Source: Octopus sinensis (Eukaryota). From it: DNA of 64,000 bases. Position numbers and translations under genes: made by a program. The DNA is taken from NCBI RefSeq assembly GCF_006345805.1, contig NC_043018.1, positions 11,098,001 to 11,162,000 of the forward strand. The letters run 5' to 3'. Below are positions 15,297 to 27,072 of this stretch, one piece after another. The notes beneath the pieces are model-generated. The model saw nothing but the letters and a program-made list of their open reading frames with translations. It was not told the origin of the DNA and made no database searches. How positions within the stretch are numbered: position 1 is the stretch's first letter; the number at the start of each line of letters is the position of its first letter.

Positions 15297-15396
15297 NNNN
15301 NNNNNNNNNNNNNNNNNNNNNNNNNNNNNNNNNNNNNNNNNNNNNNNNNNNNNNNNNNNNNNNNNNNNNNNNNNNNNNNNNNNNNNNNNNNNNNNN
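15297..15396. other. Assembly gap (100 N)
   Basis: Run of exactly 100 n. Confidence 1.
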
Positions 15397-15771
15397 ACCT
15401 CCGAAAGTGGGGGGGGGCCGCCACGTCAAAACGGTTAGAGGAGTAGGGGCCGAAACCGGACGTGGTTCCTCCTGATGATGTCTTGAGCTAACTGGATCCT
15501 GACGAGTTGTAACTCCTGACGAGCTTCTTTCAGTTTCTGTCTACCAAATCCACTTACAAGGCTTTGGTCGGCCCGAGGTTATAGTAGAAGACACTTGCCC
15601 AAGGTGCCACCCAGTGGGGCTGAACCTGGAACCATGTGGTTGGTAAGCAAGCTACTTATCACACAACCACTCCTGTGTCTTAGCTGTTGAAATGATGCAT
15701 TATGGAATTCCACATTATGACAAGATTTTAAGGAACACAATGCTTCAGTAATCTGTGGGTTTCCATTTTAG

Positions 15772-16053
15772 ATTTTCTCTCAAAATGTAAAACCATTATT
15801 AGATTTGGACCGCTGTTTCTTGAATGATTCATCTAATCCTTTACTTGCTTCACCAATTTCCTCTACATTCAGAGATGAGAACTCCAGTGTTGCAGTGTGG
15901 TTGCATGACCTGCTAGAAGTAGCTGTCAAATCTCCATCTCATCACATCTTACAATTTACAAAACAAGAACAACACATTAAACAATACAGGCCAACAAAAA
16001 TTGTGCCTGAATTAAAAATGGGACAGCCATGGCTGGAATATCTTGGAGCATAA
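15772..16053 (+). CDS. Probable terminal exon of an unidentified gene (IFSQNVKPLLDLDRCF...WLHDLLEVAV...ELKMGQPWLEYLGA*, 93 aa)
   Basis: The open frame starts exactly after a ttccattttag acceptor (in-frame TAG at the acceptor) and has non-repetitive protein-like composition. AATAAA at 16374 and 16385. Upstream exons were not found; the gap is about 380 bp upstream. Confidence 0.55.
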   Translation: MFSQNVKPLLDLDRCFLNDSSNPLLASPISSTFRDENSSVAVWLHDLLEVAVKSPSHHILQFTKQEQHIKQYRPTKIVPELKMGQPWLEYLGA

Positions 16054-16373
16054 ATCAAAAGTAATTATTTGTTGGTGGACTTAATCATTGCTAGATTGAA
16101 CGTCATCACCTAGTTTCTGGAGACCCTCATGCTCTGTAACTAGAGAATATCAAATTGACAGAATCCATTCCTCTAGAAATTAAATCCACGGGAAGAGATG
16201 AAACCCTGGTTTCTTTAAAATCTTGCAAAATATTTAATTTGACAGTGCTTCCAATGCTGCTTCTGGAAATGAATTTTACATTTTTACATTACCTACCTAC
16301 CCTAGATACATATATGGAGGACTGGGCTTTTAAGAGCCTTGGCCACCAATATGAATTCTCCAATATATTTTAA

Positions 16374-16427
16374 AATAAAAATTAAATAAAATTTCAGACC
16401 AAATCTTTTAACATTTTCCATTTTATT
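16374..16427. terminator. Convergent polyadenylation signals
   Basis: Plus-strand AATAAA at 16374-16379 and 16385-16390; minus-strand AATAAA at 16422-16427. Confidence 0.5.
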
Positions 16428-16714
16428 CCCACACAAACACACACACTTGTTTCAATGTATCATCATCATTATAATGTCTGCTTCTCCATGCTTCCATGAG
16501 TTCAATGGGATTCATTGAGACAAAGTTTCTATGGCTGGATGCCTTTCAAATGCTTAACTCTCACCTGTCTCCGAGCAAGGTAATAATTTCTCCATGATCA
16601 GACATGTTTTCACAGAAGACTGGAAATGAAAGACACCACCTGTATGACAATGCTATTTACAACTGTCATGTGTCATCAGGAGAAGGTTACACACACACGT
16701 ATAATGTCTGTGAT

Positions 16715-17038
16715 TCAAAAATCATAACATTTCTTCAAGATGTCTACTACAATGTTCATATCCATTTTTGTCACAATCCGAACATTGCTTGCTTTGCCCA
16801 TTCTGTTTCTCCAGTCTGGTACCATTTGACCTCTTGTTATAGATCCATCTAGTTCTACTTCCGCATAAAGTTCCACACTGTCTAACACACACTGATCGTT
16901 CATGATAGCAGCCACAGTTAGTTCATCACACAATATATAGCTTTGGTCTTTGTCTATCCGTTCCATTGTACTTTTGTAGATTTTTTGCATAAAGGCAGCT
17001 TTCTTGCCAGGAAGTGATAGCTGATTCTTAAGAAAAGA
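16715..17038 (-). CDS. Nucleoside hydrolase terminal exon 6b ([21 protein letters not shown]...ILCDELTV...KKCYDF*)
   Basis: ttttttttcag acceptor, phase 0, open for 107 aa to a stop. Minus-strand AATAAA at 16422-16427. Confidence 0.88.
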   Translation of the reverse strand, partial: SFLKNQLSLPGKKAAFMQKIYKSTMERIDKDQSYILCDELTVAAIMNDQCVLDSVELYAEVELDGSITRGQMVPDWRNRMGKASNVRIVTKMDMNIVVDILKKCYDF

Positions 17039-20000
17039 CTGAAAAAAAAATTCGAAAGAGATAACAGAAATGAGCTTCTTTGCATGAAGTGCACTACAAG
17101 CGGTCAAGAAAGAGTAAAAGAGAGGACTGAGGGCAGCCATGAGTCAAAGACAGCAAAGAAAGTAACAAATACATGGTTTGCACACAAGATACAACACAAA
17201 AAGCCTGAAAAATAAACAGTAAAAAAGCCATAAAAAGAAAGGGTATATGGGTATGTCAGGAGTAGTGTTGGTGAATTTTGGGAAGCATGGAATCTTTGAG
17301 GCTTGTGTAGTGTCCTGACAGCTTTCATAATTCTGAGTGTATAGAAATTTTTTCATAAGTCATAAATGCTAAAATGATTTTCATGTTTATATATATATAT
17401 ATATAATATATATATATATACTAGCAATGCATCCCGGTGTTGCCTGGATGTTATGACTTACAGCCACATTGTATTATTTGTTTCTTTCTTATGGGCAGAA
17501 TCAGCACTCAAGGAATGTGAAACAAACAACTCTTCTTTATAAACTTGTTTTTCGGTCATTTTGTGAAGAACAATGCTGAAATTGTTGACACCAAAAACAT
17601 GTAGAATGGCAGCTTAAATTAGAATGAAATCCTAATATTGCCCTCAAAATGACTTACACTTACGGATTTAAAGAATTGGATGACGTATGAGGATGTATAG
17701 GTATCTGCATTGCAGAAAGTAAGGTACATGGAAAGAAAGCTGCTTCATTGTGAAAAGCATCATCTCTAATGTTTGGGCAGACAGCACACTTCAACATGTG
17801 TTAAGTGAAATGCTTCTGGGTAAACTATGTTTTGCATAAGCCAAGTATTGAGAGAATAAATGAACAAGTCATCTGCACTGCTAACTTGTGAGCATGTGAC
17901 ATATAGTTGTCCATGAGAAAAGCAGGGTAGTTGTAAATTGAGACCCATAATTTTTAAAGTTTGATCCTGGGCTTTGTTGATTGTCATAGCGAAGCATAAT
18001 CGCGCCAGGAACTGGAGGCACTTGAACTGAAATGGCACATTTGAAGGAATGAGGAGCATGCATGGAATGTATGCAATCTCTTCTCGATGACAGCCAGCAA
18101 TAATGGTTGCTTGTAGGACATGACTTGTCATTGGAGATACAGTCAATCTTGTACCATTGCATAGTTGTGGTGGATCGAAATTCCTCAAGAGCATGATAGG
18201 TGCACCTTTCTTTAGGAACAACTAATGCAGTGGCAGTCCTGTGGGTTGTAGAGAGAGAGAAATTCAACTGGATGCTCAACAGTGGCATGTTCATTTATGG
18301 TAGTATCAATGGAAACAAACGTTGAAGCATCTCCAGGTAGAATGTGGGGGAGTTCATGGATTATTTTATCAATGCTTTCATTTCAAGGTGTTAAAATAGC
18401 TCTATTTGTGAACCATGCTATGTTTTTGAAGTTGTGTTGCAATGTGAGAAATACATTTTCTTTAAGCTCAGCCAATGTAGACACCATGTGCCCATATTGC
18501 AGCACATGCTGTTGCAAGATGTTATTCAATGGTAAGGCACCAATTCAAATTTGTCTATGTTGATGAAAGAATTCCTCAGCTAAGGGGTCATTGTAGAGGT
18601 GAGCTCACATATTGCTGCTTAATGAAAGCTGACAAACAAACCTCCACAGAGGTGAAAACTTCAGACACACATGGATGCCATCAGCTCGTGTACCCTGTAG
18701 TATGACTGGTAATATTTGAAATCCCCTGCAAGAACAACAGTTAAGCCCCCCACCCCTATAATGGCAGTATTGTTTCTAATATCCCTTAGCGGCTTATCTA
18801 GGGCTTCTAGTGCATCATGGTGTGCCATTATGCATTCATCCCAGTCAATAAGTGTAATTTAGAGCAAAATCTCTGCCGTCAGTGATCGTTTTGAAATATT
18901 ACATATTTGGGCATCGCTGAAGTGAGTTTTCCTGAGCACAAATAGAGGCAGTTTTCTTTGTGGCCCTTGTTTGAGGAGATAAATGAGAATGTCTTCATTT
19001 TGGCAGCATGGCTGAAAAGAGTGAACAATTAAGGAACATATAAAATGGAAGACATAGCAATTTGAAGTTGTGCATTGTATAATTTGATTTTTTAGTAACA
19101 AATGAAAAGATATGCAAAAATTAATATGTCAATTTGTATGCTGCTATTTATGAGAAGAAGCGGTAAACTGTGAATGATCTGGCTTTACTCTGTCTTGATA
19201 AGCATAATGCATTCTGTTAGTTGATATATAGTGGAGTGGATTACTGGCTTAATGGAAGTTATTGTTTGTCCAGAAGTGAAGTGGGGGCGGGGAGGGTTAC
19301 AATTTGCATGAAAGTGATTTGTGTTCTCAAGAAGGATCACAAACTATGTATTGTTTCATGGAGTAAAAAGGGGTTAATATGATTTTGGCCAGAAATCATG
19401 TTTTCAAAATTATAATTTCCCCCCTCCCCATCGAAATTTCCTAATTTTGAACTGTTTTTCGAATTTTGTTTTTTTATGCAAGTGATAAAATACAGAGATT
19501 ACGAATGTGGGAAATATAATTTGTTTTTGAAAATTTAATTTTTCTGAAAGAAATATTAAATGCCCCTTCCCCTACCTCGGTCACCCATCAGCTACCTGCT
19601 TTCAGGCGAAATTGAAATCTCCTGTATGGAAAACAGAAATGTAGGTAAATTGAAGAAAGAAATAAGTAAATGGTGGTGGGGGTGGGGGTATGCAAATGTC
19701 ATCTCAGACATGCTAGAAACAACAGGTAAAGGACAGGATTTCTGAGATAACCTGCTTGTATGTTTAAATGGAAAATCAGGTTTTGGAATATGCACATCAC
19801 AAACAGGAATGATAGAATAGGAAAAGGTAATTTCCATAGAATTTGAGCTGTAATTTATTGCACAGCAAAAAATAACATAATTCATACAGAACTTTAACTG
19901 TGTGCCAAAGGAAGTTACTTTTGCATACCTTTTGTAATTCTAAAGGAAGAAAAAGTAGTGTAGTTGTAATATGTTAACAGCAGAAGGTCTCCGTACATTT

Positions 20001-20493
20001 TAATGAGAAATTGAAAGACAAAGATAATGCCAAATTCTATGCATGTGGGAAACATAGGACGAAAGTGAAAATGACCTTAAAATTGTACGACATGACCTCA
20101 TTTCTGGGGGTTTGGCTACTCCTTTTCTCCTGCTTTCCCCCTCTCTTTGTGTCGCTTTCTTTCACCTTCACCTATAGAACATACAGTATCAATTTTGTGC
20201 TGGCTTTCTTTCACTTACAACAATAGAACATACATAGGGTATGAAACACCAGCATCTCCCTTTCACCCATCTTTCAACTTCTATAGAAACTTGTTTCCTG
20301 TCTCTGTTTCTTTCTCTTGTGTCTCTATCTTTTTCTCATTCTGTGTTTCACTTGGTCATTCTGTAAAAATTAATTTCTTTAAGCTTGAAGAGAGCAGAAA
20401 TTGAAAGAAAAGCGAAAGTGAAAAGGGGAGAGAGAGAGCAGAGAGTGGAGGAAATGAGGTGAAAGATGTATGTACATGTATATGAAATGGATT

Positions 20494-20524
<31 letters not shown>

Positions 20525-23500
20525 AAGAGAGAGAGATAGAGTGAGTGAATGGAGGTGTGTGTCGTAATGATGGATGCCTTTTAAGGTAGACACTCATATA
20601 GAAAATGTGACGTCATCGTCGTTGTATAAAATATTTCCGATATTTGAGTTATGGAAAAGATTATAATTTTAAGTTTTTGTAATGGAAATATGTCAATGAA
20701 CATAAAGTTTAGTTGGTAGTGGAAATAGTACTGAATCTTTTGATACCCCATACATCAAAATTGGCAACTCGGTTTTAGAATGCATAAGGAACATATGCAC
20801 ACACACACACACACTTGTTTCAATGTATCAACATCATCATCATCATAAAGTTCACTCTTCCATGCTTGCATCAGAACAATGAGATTCATGTTTTCCCAGA
20901 AAACTGGAAATGTAAGAGACCATTTGTATGACAATGTCATTGTATATAATCGTCACGTAACATCAGAAGGGTATGCATGCATGTATAGTGTTTGTGGTTT
21001 AAAAATCATAACATTTCTTCAAGATGTCTACCACAATGTTCAGATCCATTTTTGTCACAATCTGAACATTACTTGGCTTGCCTGTTATGTTTGTCCAATC
21101 TGGTACCATTTGACCTCTTGTTTTAGATCCATTCAGTTCTACTTCTGCATAAAGTTCCACACTGTCTAACACACACTGATCGTTCACGATAGCTGCCATA
21201 GCTAGTTCATCACACATTACTGCATAACGTTGGCGTGCCTCTGCCTGTTTCATTGCATTTTTGAAGACTTTTTGCATAAGAGCAGTTTTCTTGCCAGGAT
21301 GAATTAGCAGCTTTTCAAAAAAAGACTATAAAAAGAAAATTCAAATACGATAATAGAAATGAGATTTTTGTACAAAGCGGTTGTAAAAAAGGGTAAAAGA
21401 GGGGAGAGAAAGTAGTCATAAGCAAAAAGAAAGAAAAACAGCAATGGAAGTGAGAAATACAGGGAAAGCACACAGGATAAAACATGAGACGGAGAAGTAA
21501 ACAGTAAAAAAGCCATAAAAAGGTAAGGGTATATGGGCATGTCAGGAGTAGTGTTGGTGAATTTTGGGAAGTATGGAATATTTAAAGGATGTAGTGTTTT
21601 GTCAGCTATCAACAGACATAAGGAGTATATTCTATACATGATCTGATCAAAAAGTATCTGGACTGTTGCCATAGTAACAAAGCTAAAGCACACAGAGTGA
21701 AGCCGCTTGGTACAGATTAACCTTGAACTCTGCAGTGCATGTGCACCAAATTTTAACATTCTCGATGACTTCCATTGTTTACAGCAGTGCTTGGAAGGAA
21801 GGTGTGTAGGATGTGAAAGTTAAGCAGAGAATCTGCATCAAATTTTGCCAAAAGTTTTCAAAAAGTTTTCATCATTCTCAGCAGAATCAAGGAGATCTTG
21901 TGCAACTAAAACCCAAATGTCTTTTTGGTCAGCTGAAAGTAGTTGTAGCACAAACTTGGCAGACACACGTCTCATACTCAAATCTTCATTGATAATGGAC
22001 TGAAATGAACCATAAATAATCTGCACATCCTCTGATAACTCACGGATGGTGATTTGACAATTTCCCCTCACAGCGACACACACATCTGCAACATTTTTCT
22101 CAGTTCTGCTGGTTGCAGGTCTCCCAGAGCATTCATCAATATCAACATTTTTTCAGCCATCTTGGAAACGTCTGAACCACTTGTACACTTGTGTGCAACT
22201 CATACGCTTTCTACAACTTTGTGTAGACCTCTGAGCAGGTATTGCCATGTCAATTTTCTTTGTCATGGTCAATGTGACGAACACACGCTACATACCTTCC
22301 TTCCAAGCACTGCTGTAAGCAGCAGAAGTGAGTGAGAACATCAAAACTCAGTGCTCATATGCACAGCAGAATTCAAGGTCAATCTTTGCCATGCAGCTTC
22401 ACTCTGCATGCTTTAGCTTCATTACTATGGCAACAGTCTGGATACTTGCTCATCAGACCTTGTATATGCTGAAATTATTTTTTTTTTTTCTAAGTGTGTC
22501 TAAGGGTGGTAGAGGTATAGACTTCATAGGAATGGTCTGAGTTGGATCCTTTAGGAATGAATCTGGTATGGCTGCATGGTTGAGAAATTCACTCATCGTC
22601 TACTTACAAGGACAAAGTATTGGTCATCTGAAGTCTGTGGTGGAAGGTTTTTGCCTGAGATGCCCTGCAGTAGAACTGAAGCTAATTGACAACCGCACCA
22701 ACAGATCCGTTTCCATTATTTGATTCCTGAATTTCTGATACTTACTGAAGGTTGCTTTAAATCTTCGCATAGTTCCCATGTTATCAGTGTTATTGGACAA
22801 GAAAGTTTCTTAAGAACAATGCTTGCTGCTTCCGGGTCATTGTAAAAGTTGAACTCAGCACTTCTTGATATGTTGCCAACTCCTGGAATATATATGACAG
22901 AAGAAAAAAACGTCTGTTTAAGTCACTTCATAGCTTTTAGTCACTTTGTAGAGTTTTCATTTTAGATTTATAGCCTGCAAAATGGTTTGGTTATTCCACA
23001 TCCATTTTCACAATATATCTTGAGTGGGAAGGTTTTCTTATATTTGGATATCGTTGAAATAATTATGTGAGTATAATTACAAAGCACAAAGAAGTGTTGT
23101 GTGTGCAGTTGAGAAAGGTGTTGTCTTGATACATAATTATAATAATAGCAATAATGAGCATATGCTATACAGTGCTCAGATGCACAACTCATCAGGAAAA
23201 TAGTAAAAGAAGGAACAGAAAGAAATGTCTAAGTCAAGAAAAAGAGCTATGACAGCCAAAATCGCATGCATAGTACATAGACACATGTAGTGAACAGTAA
23301 AAGGACGATAAAGAGGAAAGGATGCACATCAGGAACTGTGTTGGTGAATTTCAGGAAGCAAGATATATTTGAAGGATGCAGTGTTGTGACGTAAGAACTG
23401 ATCCATGATTCAACAATTCTGTGTGTGAACTCTACACATAATTACAACTGATGTTATAACATGGTTTTTCTAATATTCCTGTAATGAAATTGATGCATAT

Positions 23501-26500
23501 ACTTCACCCTACTTAAAATACCAACATGTCACAATCAAATGAAGAAATCCCTACATGTCATAGGCCATCTGAGGGAATCAGCTTTCTAGAAATAGCAGCC
23601 AAGTTGTTTTCAAATCAGACCTTATTGTTTTGAAAGGGACACATTGGTCTTGGGTGCCCAGTGTCTGGGAAACAAAAGTGATGGTCACAAGACACTTTTA
23701 ATCATATGCATGTTTTATCAGTGCTTTTTTGAGGCAGAAAAATTGAACATAACGTTTAGGCACAGGTGTGACTGTGTGGTAAGAAGCTTGTTTCCCAACC
23801 ACAAGGTTTCCAACCACATGGTTTCAAGTTCATTCCCACTACATGGCACCTTGGACTATAACCTCAAGCTGTCTAAAGCCTTGTGAGTAGATTTGGTAGA
23901 TGGAAACTGTTCCCCATCACTGCTTGAGAATCAACAGAATAAGTACCAGACTTTAAAAAAATATGATTCATTCAACCAAAATTCTTCAAGGTGGTGTTCC
24001 AGGATGGCCACAATCTAATGACTGAAACAAGTAAAAGATAAAAGATAACAAAATGAATATAAAATACAGAATTAAGGTGAATTAAAATAAGGTAAATAAA
24101 AAAAGAAAAGAAAAATATGAAAGTAAGATTGAAAACAAATGAAAGATTACCTTTATAATTTCCGCCCATTATATAGCAACTCTTGAGCTTTGAACCAAAA
24201 TCTGGATCTAAGGTAATTGCAGTGGCTATATTAGTAAGAGGAGCTAAGGAAACAAGATGTAACTCCCCTGAAAAGTAAAAAATGCAAAATCTGTATATTT
24301 TAGTACAAACACATGAAGCAGCAGCCGTCACATATTTAAGATGTGTACAGTTTAGTTTTTTAATATATTTCTGATAGAATGTAGAAGGCAATCACTGTGC
24401 AGCGGAATCTTGTTTGGGAAAAATTTTCCTTCAATAGATTTTGTGTGTGTGTGTGTGTGTGGTGTTTTACACACAAAATCTATTGAAGGAAAATTTTTCC
24501 CAAACAAGATTCCGCTGCACAGTGATTGCCTTCTACATTCTATTGGTGTGGTGTTTTACACACACACACACACACACATTGAGGTGAAGTTCAAGAAATG
24601 TTAAGTGAATACAGAGAAATTTTGCAGTGAACATTTTTAATGTTCTAGAGTAAAGAAGCAGACACATATACATATACATATAGATATAATCATCATCCTC
24701 GTCATTTAACATCCACTTTCTATGCTGACATGAGTTGGGCAATTTGACTGGATCTGGTGAGCCACAAGGCTACAATGGGCTCCAATGTCAGCTTTTGGCA
24801 GTTTTTACAGTTTGATGCCCTTCCTAACACCAACCACTTTACAGAGTGTGTTGAGTGCTTTTTGTGTGTGTGAATGTACCAAGTAACTTGCAAGACAGAA
24901 GAACAAGGAGAGGAAAAGGAAAAAAAACTCACACTGCTAAATGGGGCGTATTTGAGAGGGGATTGAGGGACAAGCACAGGCATCTTGCTATAAAGGAGAT
25001 AGATGGCTAACCTCTGTTATATAGGGAGGTGGATGGGAATAGTAGAGGAGATAAAAGGAAAGTAGTGAAGGAGTGCCAAAGCAAACTCTCCAGCTACAAG
25101 GTGACCATAAGAGAAAATATGAAAAAGATCATTAACAATTAGTTGTTTGCTTATAAGCAATGTGGTTTAGAGTGTTTTAATTTGGATTTTGAACTATAAA
25201 GAAAAATATCAAAAACAAGTTTTCTTGTTATCAATGAACTTTGGAACATTAGCTATCACTACCTGCTTATTGATAGTGAACTGGTACAGAATTGTTACCA
25301 AGTCAGGCAAAATTCTTAGCTGCATTTCATTCATCGTCAGGTTCTGAGGTCAACTTTGCCTTCCATCAATAAAATGAGTACCAGTTGAGTACTAGGATTG
25401 ATTTAATCAAGTTAGCCCCCTCCCCTGGAATTGCTGACCTTGTGCTACAATTTGAAACTGATATTGAACTTCAGTGAGATTTTCTGATTAAGTTTTATAT
25501 TACCGTAAAAACCCATGGAATTTGCAAACCTGTGTAACTTACGCAGGTGATTTTCAGGATAAAATTTGTTAAAAAAGCTTCTACTCATGTAAAATTCGCA
25601 CCCAAAAGTTTTCAGAATTGCCGATATAGCCAGGAGAAAAAGGTTTACAATTTAGTTGCATTTAGCATAATTTCATTTACTTATGATGAGATTTTATTAC
25701 ATTTTCATTAAATAAAAATAATTTCTGTTTAACAGTATCACATTGAAAGCTATTAAATTACAAAGGGTTTGCGTTATTTATAATAAACTTTATTTTACAT
25801 TTCTTGCCCACAAGAGATTATGTCTGATCTTTAGCGTACTGCTGTATGTCTTCTCAAACCACAATCACAGGAAAAGTTGTTGATAAGAATTACCAACAAA
25901 AACAAAGCTGATAAATACACACAGGTATTGCAAATTAAGTTTAATTACCAATAAACATCAGTTTGAATGACACTTTACGCAACCGAGTAAAATATGTAAA
26001 ATATGGCCTGGACCATGATTACCAGCATGAACGTCAGATTTCAAAAGTAGTTAACCATTTAATGGTTTTAGTAAATTTATACAGAAAAAGTAAATATTAT
26101 ACTGTCCAACATAAATAAAAGTCAACATTAGGTGCAGGAGTGGCTGTGTGGTAAGTAGCTTGCTTACCAACCACATGGTTCTGGGTTCAGTCCCACTGCA
26201 TGGCAAGTGTCTTCTACTATAGCCTCGGGCCGACCAAAGCCTTGTGAGTGGATTTGATAGACAGAAACTGAAAGAAGCCTGTCGAATATATGTGTATATA
26301 TATATGTGTGTGTGTGTTTGTGTTTGTCCCCCCAACATCGCTTGACAACCGATGCTGGTGTGTTTACGACCCCGTAACTTAGCGTTTCGGCAAAAGAGAC
26401 TGATAGAATAAGTACTAGGCTTACAAAGAATAAGTCCTGGGTCGATTTGCTCAACTAAAGGCGGTGCTCCAGCATGGCCACAGTCAAATGACTGAAACAA

Positions 26501-27004
26501 GTAAAAGAGTAAAAAGAGTATTATTTTTTCTGTAAAAACCTATTCTGATATTAAATGAGTCAACTTCCAGTATGGATGTTTATGCTTTGTACGTCATTTT
26601 TCAACAAAAAAAATTTCTAAAAAAATTCTGGAAACAATCTCCTCATGTAATTTACGCACCCACTAATGTTTATTTTATTTTTGCAAAAAAAAAAAAGGTG
26701 TGTAAATTACATGGGTTCTACAGTAATTGTTTTTGATAAGCCATGAAAAGTGTCATCAAAAGAGTTGATCTTTAATTAAAATGTTATTTAAATCTCAGTA
26801 GATGCAGTACAGCTGAACAGTTAAGAATTTCGCTTCACAACCACAAGGTCTCAGGCTCAATCTCACTGCACATCAACTTGAGCAAATGTCATTTTTTTTT
26901 AAGAATTTGGTTGATGGTGGTGATGATGATGTTGATGTTAACAATGAAGGTGGTGATGGTAGCAATAACAATGATGACATCAATGATGACTATGATGATG
27001 ATGG

Positions 27005-27072
<68 letters not shown>

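Noticed and set aside
17040-20998. A second full hydrolase gene feeding exon 6b
   Set aside because: No copies of exons 1-5 motifs (DTDPG, HGKDG, APLTN, AEFN) were found in this interval.
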